From Savitreella phatthalungensis (lineage: Eukaryota): DNA of 21,365 nucleotides. The position numbers and the translations under genes are program-made. How positions within the stretch are numbered: the stretch's first letter is position 1; every line of letters starts with the position of its first letter. Under the pieces are notes generated by a model. The model searched no databases and was not told the DNA's origin. It worked only from the letters and a program-made list of their open reading frames with translations. The stretch lies in assembly GCA_051599415.1 (NCBI GenBank), contig AP039713.1, forward strand, positions 186,001-207,365, read 5' to 3'. Positions 10,772 through 19,773 of this stretch are shown here, in pieces.

Positions 10772-11518
10772 ATGACTACAGAAGACCATGAAGACGGCTT
10801 CCCGCATCCACCACAGCTTCTGAGCAGAGATGTGTCTATCACTGACGCACCGCGCAGGGCGTACACGACGCAGGAGCCCGTGGAAAAGCGCAGAAAGTTG
10901 GAATGCGATACAATCAACGAGCTGATCAAGCAACGCGACAAAGCACTCGATGAGCTGATCAAGCAACGCGACAAAGCACTCGATGAGCTGGTCAAGCGAC
11001 GCGATAAAGTCCGGGACGAGCTCATCGAGCAACGCGACAAAGCACTCGATATACTCAACGAAGAGCGACTCCAGACCAGGCGCGCACGGAAGGAGCGCGA
11101 CCTCATTCATCACCTTGCGAATGAACGCGGCCAGCAGGTGACCGCGCTGCTGCAGGAGGTGACTGGCCATCTCAGCGTGCGACAGACGCTCGAAGGCGAG
11201 TTCCTCCGGGTCACGGAAGCGTATCGCGAGCTCAAGCGGCTTACAAATGCAAATGCCGCCCAGGCTAGAGCAGCACAAGCGCAGTCGACAATTTCTGGCA
11301 ACTCTTCGACGACCACATCCGGGTCAGAAGGTGCACCACCCAAGATATCCGTGTCAGAACCTGCTCAAGCCGATCCGTCCTCGATGCCCAACAAAGTAGA
11401 CGAGGGTGTCCGCGCAATCTCTCGGCTCACCGCAGCGCTGGTAGAACAACAAAAGTTCAGATCAACGCTCCTGCAGATTCAGAAGCTTCTGAATGACTAT
11501 CCTGTCCGCAAGCTCTAG
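10772..11518 (+). CDS. Hypothetical coiled-coil protein with 11-residue repeats
   Basis: 248-aa ATG-TAG ORF with coding-like C/G-ending codons. It has in-frame 33-bp repeats (ELIKQRDKALD), an S/T/P linker and a helical C-terminus. No family recognised. Confidence 0.65.
   Translation: MTTEDHEDGFPHPPQLLSRDVSITDAPRRAYTTQEPVEKRRKLECDTINELIKQRDKALDELIKQRDKALDELVKRRDKVRDELIEQRDKALDILNEERLQTRRARKERDLIHHLANERGQQVTALLQEVTGHLSVRQTLEGEFLRVTEAYRELKRLTNANAAQARAAQAQSTISGNSSTTTSGSEGAPPKISVSEPAQADPSSMPNKVDEGVRAISRLTAALVEQQKFRSTLLQIQKLLNDYPVRKL
10919..11050 (+). repeat. 33-bp coding tandem repeat x4
   Basis: gagctgatcaagcaacgcgacaaagcactcgat is exact at 10919 and 10952, with diverged copies at 10985 and 11018. 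Confidence 0.9.
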
Positions 11519-11721
11519 CAACCACGATATAGGCTATAGTATCAATATCATAACAACAGCCGCTGCAAGAATGAATCCCCGCGACTACACGATCAAGGCC
11601 TATAGAACGTGTCCCGTGTACGGCAAAGATTGTCACACATCGTCACGAACCTCGTCACGGATCTCGTCAGGTAGTCGCACCGCTGCGTTCAATCATTTCG
11701 TCTCGTTAGGATCTACCTCCG

Positions 11722-12039
11722 CTATCGCAGGTTCAGTTCGCGCTCAAGCCGTTCAACTCGACGCTCCAGCCGGGATACCAGGCTGACGTGCATTCCAGCA
11801 GACTCCATTGTCGCCTGCAGCTGTGACATTGCGAGCGGAACCCTCATGATGTCCTGCATCGTCTGTGAGATCGTCTCCAGCGTCCTTTTGAGTCCGCGAA
11901 TGGTCCGGCGCAGCGATCTCCAGCTCGGCACCACCTCTCTCGCGCTCTCCTTCAAGGCTTCAGCCACCAGTACCACCACCTCACCGATCCCGCTCAGCGC
12001 AGCCGACGTCGCTGGAAACAGTTTCTCGATCGTGTGCAT
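11722..12039 (-). CDS. Small hypothetical helical/coiled-coil protein
   Basis: 105-aa ATG ORF with amphipathic helices (LRRTIRGLKRTLETISQTMQDIM, LVSRLERRVERLEREL). It converges on 10772-11518. Confidence 0.45.
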   Translation of the reverse strand: MHTIEKLFPATSAALSGIGEVVVLVAEALKESAREVVPSWRSLRRTIRGLKRTLETISQTMQDIMRVPLAMSQLQATMESAGMHVSLVSRLERRVERLERELNLR

Positions 12040-12825
12040 CCTTGTTGAACGGTGGTGCGTGTGTCTGCGTCACGGATGATATCCCGTGCAAATCAAGTTG
12101 AGATCATGTGACCTCAATCGACAAAAGAATAGAGTAGTTGGCGAAGCATACAGAGCCGTCATGATGGCGGCGTCAATTGGCTACAGCGATCACGCCATGA
12201 GAGCTCTGCCTATCTCTGGCCCGTACAAGTCAAACACAGAGTTGCTGGCGTATTTTGATGACGGCGCGATTGCATGACGACCGCGTGTCTGACGGCACAC
12301 GACGAGCAGCCGGCGATATGACGCATATTGGAATGAAAAGCGTTCCTAAAGCGATGATGGGCGCAACACACGTCCCACCCACTGCACACGATTGCAAGGG
12401 CGATATAGAGGCTGACAGTGAGCAACCGACACTCCTCAGCGCTGATGCCAGTACGAATCGGGGAATTTTATCTGGGGATCTTGAGGACGTCGCCAAAGGT
12501 TCCCAGAGAGTGACGCGTGATACGACAGCTTCATCTCACATATCTGTGACACGAGCGATTCTTAGCCAGGGATCTCAAGACATACGCAGTCAGTGCGAGC
12601 GAGCAGCGTACGCTGGGGATCTCACCTCGACGACGGTAACGTGCTGACGCTCCGGGAAGCGCAGAGAGTGTCATCAAAACAGCCTAGCTCTCGCTCAGAC
12701 GGTTCGCGCTGAATACGATATGGTCATCTGCAACCGATTGGCCTCACGACGATGTCGGACCGCGCTCTCAACAGGCGCCTCAACGGACGGTCACCGACCG
12801 GAGCGCACGATCGACAACACGCGCA

Positions 12826-13518
12826 TCACAATCGATGACGAGGGCACACGCGACTGACTTCGCACTCGCAAGAACAAAATTTCAGGCCTGTATGGACAAG
12901 GCAGCGACGCAAAGCACGCATCTCGATCGTCTGAATCGAGGATACGTTCCCGCGGACATCTGGGACGAATGCGACTCCATAGCCATAATGAGCAGAATCG
13001 GGTAGTAGACATCGGTTTTCATATCTCCATCTATACAGCCAACAACAGGGAGCACGAGCGTGGATGAGATGGGCGACGTAGTGTAGGGTCATCTCCGGAG
13101 AATAGCTCGAGTGAGCGACGCAGGAGCCACTGCGCGCAGTCAGTTGATGTTACAGCCACTGGACGTGCATCTCCACGACCGAAGTCCCCGACAGGAAGCT
13201 CAATGTAGGGTAGAGACTGTAAATTCTCGATCAGATCCGGAGCGACGAGCGCGGCTGGGGTAGAAGATTGAGCCCCGTCGATCGGATCCCCCATTGACGT
13301 CTCCGGGACCTCATTCGATTGGGGAGCCTGAGCGTTCTCGATCAGATCCGCGGCGTCGAGCTCAGGAGGTCTCAAGAGCAGGGCTGACCCCTAGCAGGTG
13401 TATGCGCTCTCGGACACTGAACAGTGAGCTCGACCGGACGAGGAGGTGGTACTTTTCTGATCCGGTTTGCTAAAAGAAGCTCAAGAGAAGCGAGCGACTG
13501 TGGTTTGTTATCTGTCAT
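12826..13518 (-). pseudogene. Possible decayed or frameshifted orphan gene
   Basis: An ATG at 13518 opens 48 codons (MTDNKPQSLASLELLLANRIRKVPPP...) that stop at 13372. There another frame continues (RPPELDAADLIEN...APDLIENLQSLP, 13375-13031), and a third frame runs 13092-12826. An exact 16-bp repeat, ttctcgatcagatccg, occurs at 13224 and 13335. No homology recognised. Confidence 0.25.
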
Positions 13519-14196
13519 GGCAACAGCTCTCGCTGGACGAGCATCCACAGCAGGGCCAGTGCCAGGTGTCGGCGGGTCAGCGCTTGGGCGTCTGTTTCAT
13601 CCGCTGCGTCAGTCACGTGCTCGCGATCAATCGAGTTTCTATTGTTTTGTCTGATGTTGAAGGTCAGAGACGGTTGAACGCTGACAGTTGAGCACCATTG
13701 ACGTTATCGCCTTCGATATCCCTTCGAAGAGCTGTCGTCATCCATGCAGTCTGAATGATGGACGCTAAAGATGTCCTTCCGAGCGCTCTCGACGTAAGAT
13801 GGCTAGTCAGCCCTAGCGAAGCTGGACCGATAGGTGTGGGTGGCCGTCCACATTGGTGTTCCTGTGCATATGTGTGGACGCGAGATTATGCAGCATTCGA
13901 CCACAAACCTCTATTTTGCCCTCCAACTATATTGCATGCATGATTGAATGGTCGCGTGGCAATCCGGTGAGTTGTCTAATTTCACGTGATGGCTCCAGAA
14001 GGTGGTTACCCGTTGCCGGCTGTTTCATTTTTCATTCTGTCAGCATCCTCGTCATCATCCTTGCTCGTCCGTCTACGACATCGTTGTGATCGTCGAGCGC
14101 TCCTCTATTGTCCAGCGCCCACCTAGTCAATCATCGGTCTTCTTCCTCACCCGTGACTAATCCCTAGAGGACATTTCCATTGTCACCGTCGTCCTC

Positions 14197-15153
14197 ATGG
14201 AGTCAGTCAAGGAGGAGTCCCGACCTCAAGAGAATCCGAGCGACAATCCGAACGAGGACTCAGGCGCATCAGCGTCCATGTCTGTAGCCGGCAATACTAC
14301 CCGCTCAACTCAAGCTGCGCAACCTGCGCGCGTGCATGTCCATCCGGGAGACTTCTCTCCTGGTCCCGTGTCTTCGACAGGCCTGGCTGACCGCAGGCGG
14401 GCGTTATCAGCTTCCATCCGCGTCTATCTTACACTCGGGTACGACTGCGTTGACGGACATCAGATTGACGACATTCTCAACAAGCTGTGGCCCTACGTGG
14501 AGTCCACGTCTGGTGAGTATCGCGATCTTGCTGCCTATGGCAAGACTCGAGCGCGCGAGTACATCGCTACCTCCATTGCCGCCTTCCGCTACGCAATCGA
14601 ACTCGTCGAGACCATGCTTCCGCCGACCAACAATGCCGTGCTTGCCATCAGGGACATGTACAATGCCGGCAGCATCGATCTCCAGGACATCTACCCGTAC
14701 GCAACTCCCCTGATCGATTTTCCTGCTTCTTGCGTCAAGTCTACAGTCTTCAATGACTACTATCGGTTGATCTTTTCGGCTTTCGGCAAGCATATGCTTG
14801 CGGTGATTCGAAGGGAGCTGCCGAACACAAATGGTACTCAATCAGACAGATCGACCACGGTCTTCAAGGAGCTGCGAACGTTTGCGGCGGCAAAGGGCTT
14901 TGCCCTACCGACCATCAACGATGTCGCCTTCTTTCCTGCTGTCGATCAGGAGTCTTCCGAGAGCGCTGAAGTACGCCGCCGCCTTGCCTCCACGCAGCGT
15001 GTGATTGCTCTAGTCGACGATCCTTCCTTCCAACCAGGACTGTTCGAGTCGGCCGTCACGCCTGAGGCTCCCTCAAATGACGACGCTCGGAACAACCTGC
15101 CGCCGGTCTCAGAACTTCTCCGGCAGTCAGCTCGCCGATTTGGACGCCCTTGA
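14197..15153 (+). CDS. Hypothetical protein (disordered N-terminus, helical core, C-terminal LPPVSELL)
   Basis: 318-aa ATG-TGA ORF preceded by a pyrimidine-rich leader, with strong preference for C-ending codons like the neighbouring real genes. No family recognised. Confidence 0.7.
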   Translation: MESVKEESRPQENPSDNPNEDSGASASMSVAGNTTRSTQAAQPARVHVHPGDFSPGPVSSTGLADRRRALSASIRVYLTLGYDCVDGHQIDDILNKLWPYVESTSGEYRDLAAYGKTRAREYIATSIAAFRYAIELVETMLPPTNNAVLAIRDMYNAGSIDLQDIYPYATPLIDFPASCVKSTVFNDYYRLIFSAFGKHMLAVIRRELPNTNGTQSDRSTTVFKELRTFAAAKGFALPTINDVAFFPAVDQESSESAEVRRRLASTQRVIALVDDPSFQPGLFESAVTPEAPSNDDARNNLPPVSELLRQSARRFGRP

Positions 15154-15466
15154 AATACACACACAGTCACAATTTATGAACGGACCTGAAGTCTCGTAGC
15201 TGCTCAGTATATTATCCCACAACAAATTTAGCGCACCCATTGTTGTCGTTCACGTGCGCCACCGGAGATCGTTTGACGAAAGTGAACACCCCACACGCGC
15301 ATGTATCGCTTTGTGCATCGCCTGCGCCTTGTGATACGTATATGGCACTTTTACAGAGTGGTCGTACACGCGGTTTGTGCCCGGACTACCATCATCCTTC
15401 ACGTCAATTCAGCACTGTCGCTAAAGTCGCCCACAGAACACTGCTCATCATTAATCTCGCCGTCAC

Positions 15467-15985
15467 AATCAGGAAGCTCGTCATCCTGACGGCTGGCCCC
15501 TTCATCAACCTCCACGGACAAGCATCATCGTCGGCGGGCAAGCGTGAACTTCCACGGACAAGCGCCGTCGATTCAACCCGCTCGCCACGGTCGCGACCAG
15601 TAAGCTCGTCATCTACAGAATGCTCGTCATCTTCGTCACACTCGCCGAGCCGTGCCTAGGAAGATTGTCGCCTGGAGCAGCAGCCTCGTCGCCGTCGTCT
15701 ACAGAAACGCTCGACGTCTTTCGCCTCCTCAGGGCCGCGATCAAGAAGCTCATCGTCTAGAAAACGCTCGTCATCGTCATCCTCCTCAAGATCAACATTA
15801 AGCACTCTCGTTGCCGCCGTCTGCAGAAGCGCTCATCGTCCTCTGCGTCCTCACGGGCGCGAACAAGAAGCTCGTCGTCTTGAGATCGCTTATCTGGAAG
15901 ACGCTCGTCTGGAGAACGCTCTTCATCCTCATCGTCCTCCCTGTGATCAGAAAGATCGTCGTCTGGAGAGCGCTCGTCATCCTTC
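15467..15985 (+). repeat. Degenerate repeat tract, consensus ~GATCAAGAAGCTCGTCGTCTRGAGAACGCTCGTCATCCTC
   Basis: Related units near 15467 (aatcaggaagctcgtcatcc), 15595 (gaccagtaagctcgtcatctacagaatgctcgtcatc), 15696, 15739 (gatcaagaagctcatcgtctagaaaacgctcgtcatc), 15818, 15861, 15906 and 15945 (gatcagaaagatcgtcgtctggagagcgctcgtcatcc). Confidence 0.65.
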
Positions 15986-16129
15986 TCCAGAGCGCGTATC
16001 ATCCTCATCACTCTCGACATTGATCCAGCGCCCTCCGTCGCAGTCGGCGACAGATCGCTCCACACCGGCAGCACGCTCGTCGATCGCGGTCACCTTATCA
16101 GCGGCTCCAGGATCGTCTGGACTGATAGC

Positions 16130-17785
16130 ATGCCCGATCTGAGTCGAATCTACAAGGAACTCCGAGAGCTCGCGGCGACGTCTCCTCCTTCCGAGACCTT
16201 AACAAACTTCATCATCAGGCGGCAAAGGGATCATCGTCGGCCATGCGCGCCTGTCACTGTAGCGTACGACAAGGCGAAACCCTCTCCAATCCCGCGCCTT
16301 GTCCGACTAAATCGGTACCAGACCGCCCTCATTGTGATGATGCCCCGTCCGATCACCACCAGAGGCGGCCAATCTTGGGTCGCCAGCGCCTGCAAAGAGC
16401 TCAAAGGCTATGATCGTGTTGAGGATCTTTCCTCAGACGCACAGATCATGAAGTGGGCTCTCAGCGACTGGCTGCACCTGTACAAGTGGGAGAAGAAGAA
16501 AGAGCCTCAAGGGTGTCGAGGCTTCAGCATCGCCACGCCTGTGATCCTCTACATCCTCAGGCAACTTGGCAAGCAGAACGTCCCCGATCGCGCCAGGGAA
16601 CTTCTACACATGAAGATGCTCGTCGAGGCCATGTTCCGATACATCACTTGCGAGACCCATTCCAACGCTCGAGCGTGCAGGATGGGTGAAGATCAGCTAT
16701 ATCTCATCGCAGGCATCAGTCGCGAGGGTGAGATTGCGCGCGGTACAAGACCTACGAGTGATCTCAGGAATCTCAATATGAGGCTCTATGCAGGACGCTC
16801 GAAGAACGGGACCAGCAGGCTGCTCGGACACATCCATGCCACAGACCCGAATGACATTCCTGGCGATACTCGACGCGGCAATCGAGGCGGTAATCGAGGC
16901 GACAATCGAGGCGGCGATCAAGGCGGCAATCGATCAACAAAATCCAATCGGCGCCGACACGTACAAGATGTTGACGAGACCCTTTACAAGCTTCATGACG
17001 GCAGGGAGGGCGCCGAGACACTTCTCTTCTTCCAGTGGCAAACAAATCGGCTGGATCGCGATGTCGAGGAATCGCTTCTTATCTCAATTGCACCCTGTCA
17101 CTACCTCAGCAGTCTGACAGGCTGCAATATGATCGGCAGCGACACCTGTGGCGCACTCCCGATGCCGCCGATCATTGCTCAGAATCCCATGGGGCGCTGG
17201 AAGGAGGTCATCAGGAAGGCGTTCAGCTATCTGCTCACCTATGACGGCAAGTACACGGCCTTCATGACTCCTGGTCCCTTCAAAGGGTGGACAATCACCA
17301 CAGCAGAGAACAAGCCAGGCAAGCCGAGAGTCGATCAGGGGTTCCTACGAATCTTCCGGAATATGGATCTTGCAGTACAGAAGACATGCGATCACTTCGG
17401 GATCAGCTACACCACCATTGACGTCAGTCGCGCTATCGCTATACTAGGCTGCAGGCCTGTAGTGGCTGACGATCGACGTCAGAGGACGCTCGACGCTTGG
17501 ATTTCTGCAGGTCCAGATGGGGAAGGAAACAGAGACGAGATTGAAGACGAGATTGAAGACGAGATTGAAGACGAGATCGAAGACGAGATTGAAGACGAGA
17601 TCGAAGACGAGATTGAAGACTACATCGAAGACGAGACTCCAGCCGAGATCGGCGAAATCGAAGACGAGATCGAAGACGGGATGGAAGACGAGATCGGAGA
17701 TGAGATTGAGAAGGTGGACGAGACCGCAGGCGAGACTGAGGAGGTGGACGAGACTGCAGGCGAGATCATAGAGATTTCAGATTGA
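16130..17785 (+). CDS. Hypothetical protein with putative GIY-YIG nuclease domain, RGG insert, PIP-like box, acidic DEIE tail and terminal SIM-like motif
   Basis: 551-aa ATG-TGA ORF. In order: QLYLI (aa189), LYAGRSKNGTSRLLGH (Y220, R230, H234), EESLLI (E313/E314), GCN (N333), QRTLDAWI (aa451), (DEIE)7 and terminal EIIEISD. The ORF itself is well supported; the functional labels are motif-level inference. Confidence 0.7.
   Translation: MPDLSRIYKELRELAATSPPSETLTNFIIRRQRDHRRPCAPVTVAYDKAKPSPIPRLVRLNRYQTALIVMMPRPITTRGGQSWVASACKELKGYDRVEDLSSDAQIMKWALSDWLHLYKWEKKKEPQGCRGFSIATPVILYILRQLGKQNVPDRARELLHMKMLVEAMFRYITCETHSNARACRMGEDQLYLIAGISREGEIARGTRPTSDLRNLNMRLYAGRSKNGTSRLLGHIHATDPNDIPGDTRRGNRGGNRGDNRGGDQGGNRSTKSNRRRHVQDVDETLYKLHDGREGAETLLFFQWQTNRLDRDVEESLLISIAPCHYLSSLTGCNMIGSDTCGALPMPPIIAQNPMGRWKEVIRKAFSYLLTYDGKYTAFMTPGPFKGWTITTAENKPGKPRVDQGFLRIFRNMDLAVQKTCDHFGISYTTIDVSRAIAILGCRPVVADDRRQRTLDAWISAGPDGEGNRDEIEDEIEDEIEDEIEDEIEDEIEDEIEDYIEDETPAEIGEIEDEIEDGMEDEIGDEIEKVDETAGETEEVDETAGEIIEISD
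16877..16933 (+). repeat. 12-bp coding repeat (GGCAATCGAGGC-like) x~5, encoding GNRG/RGG units
   Basis: ggcaatcgaggc ggtaatcgaggc gacaatcgaggc ggcgatcaaggc ggcaatcga. Confidence 0.85.
17534..17629 (+). repeat. 12-bp coding repeat (GACGAGATYGAA)x7 plus one variant, encoding (DEIE)7DYIE
   Basis: Directly visible. More degenerate copies and a duplicated EVDETAGE unit continue to about 17765. Confidence 0.92.
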
Positions 17786-17919
17786 CGAGCACGAACGTCA
17801 TAGATCTAGCCAGCAATTCAATTGTGTATCAATAGACCTTTCGAGAGGCCGTGTGAAGAGCGAGGTGGCACCGGATGGAAGGGGATAGGATCGGCATTTA
17901 CTGAGGATAAGAACAGCAT

Positions 17920-19580
17920 CGAATAAGACCACGAGGGAAACCACGAGGATATGACATCATTGGACTCAGCAAGACCACGAGAGAGGCCGCGGTATCGAGT
18001 TTGGCGAGATCGGAAGTCAAGAAGTGATATCAAGCTTGTCGCCCACGAGGGAGATCGATCGACATTGATTTAAGCGAGACTGTGAGAGAAGTGACGATAG
18101 CGAGCTTGGCACAAGAAGAACAAAAATGAGATCGACATCGACTTACGTGGGACTACGGGAGGCATGGATCAACAGCGCTTTAAGCGAGACCTCAAGGAGG
18201 GTAGATCGAAATCGGATTCGGCAGGATTTGTCGAAGAGGTGAAGCGATATCGATTCGAGCGAGATTGTGAGATGGCAACACAGAGTCAAACGAGGCACTG
18301 CTATCGGCAATGATATTGATCCTGGCGTGAAGACGAAGGAGATCACGATGTCAATCTCGGCGAGAGATGGATTGACCGAGTACCAAACGTGCGGCATCGA
18401 GTTAAGTGAGTTCTCGAGGAGATGACAAAAAACGATCTCGGCTACGCAGAGGTGACATCATTGGACTCAGCAAGACCACGAGGGAGGCTGCGATATCGAG
18501 TCTGGCGAGATTGGAATTCAAGAAGCGATAATGTCGATTCAAGCAAGACTGCGAGATGGCAGCACCGAGCACTTAAGAGTCAAGCGTCATGTGTAGCCGC
18601 GAAGTGTCCTGGGAACCTACTAGCGACCGTGTATAGAAAAGGTGTCCTCGGAAGAAGAAGGGTAAGAGCGGCATTGAGTTGAGCCAGACCACAAGGGATC
18701 ACAAAAACGATCTCGGCTACGCAGAAATGACATCATTGAATTCAGCGAGACCACGTATGGGGCTATGAGGATAGTATCAATCGATTCCCCCTAGAATCTG
18801 AGCAATGTGGCGATTTTTGATCCCAAACCAATTTGGATTGACCGAGTGAGCGGGTCAAATGTCAGGTCCCACCCGGTCACTCGGCACCACGTCAGCCACG
18901 ACAGCCCCATTGTTTCATTCACAGCTGGACATTCGTACTCGCTGCTCTCCCGTTCCATTTGTCTGTCGTAAAGCAAGCATCTAGGACGAACACAAGCTTG
19001 GGCGAGGCTGAAAGCAAGAACGAGCGGTCTCACTGTTGGCGAGACTAAAGGAAGGGCGACTAGTCTCACGTTTGGCGAGTCCAAACGGCCGCTGACGATA
19101 GGATTTAGCCAGACCACGAGACGGACGGATCGACATGAATCCGTCATAATAAACTTTGAGACGTTGAGAGGAATTACAATCGATTGACGGGATCTCATGC
19201 GTGGCCATGCGAAAAGCCAGATGGCTCTGAAAACGCAATTGAGGATAAGATCGACACCGAGTCAAGCGAGCCCACGGAATAAATGAATCGATATCAATTT
19301 GTCACGCGGAGTTCCGAGGAGCTTCTAGAAGGCAAGTGGAGAGCGAGCTGGCACCAATTGACTTAAGTAAGACTACGAGGCAGGTGGCGAAATTGGATGC
19401 CGATCCAGATTGATTACAATCACAATGCCACTCCCGATTGAATGTGCTAGAACCAGAAGGAGACGGCAATATTGAGCTCGGCAAATTCTCTGGACACTAG
19501 CGAGACAAGGAGATGACTGCATCAAAAATGGCAATGGAATGACGGTGGTGAGATCGACATGGAGTTACGCGAGAGGCTGT
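17920..19580. repeat. Degenerate subtelomeric repeat field with internal segmental duplications
   Basis: The core ~GATCGACATCGATTYAAGCRAGACYRYGAG recurs many times. 17952-18029 matches 18453-18530 at 71/78 nt, and 18428-18480 matches 18703-18755 at 48/53 nt (hand aligned). Confidence 0.75.
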
Positions 19581-19643
19581 AATGAGCGTAGCTCAGTACG
19601 AAGCAGATCAACTCATGTGGCGACGGCTAGTGATCCTCAATGC

Positions 19644-19773
19644 CCAGAGGAAGGAAGTGCGAGGATCGCCCAGCGGAAGGTAGCGCCAGAATCGCCCAGA
19701 AAAAGGCAGCGCGAGAATCAGCCAGAGGAAGGTAGCGCGAGGATCGCGCAGAAGAAGGCAGCGCGAGAATCGC
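19644..19773. repeat. 26-bp minisatellite x5 (consensus CCAGAGGAAGGYAGCGCGAGRATCGC)
   Basis: Units start at 19644, 19670, 19696, 19722 and 19748 with exact 26-nt period. Confidence 0.9.

Noticed and set aside
17920..19773. CRISPR-like array
   Set aside because: Eukaryotic context, degenerate units, irregular or absent spacers, and no cas genes.
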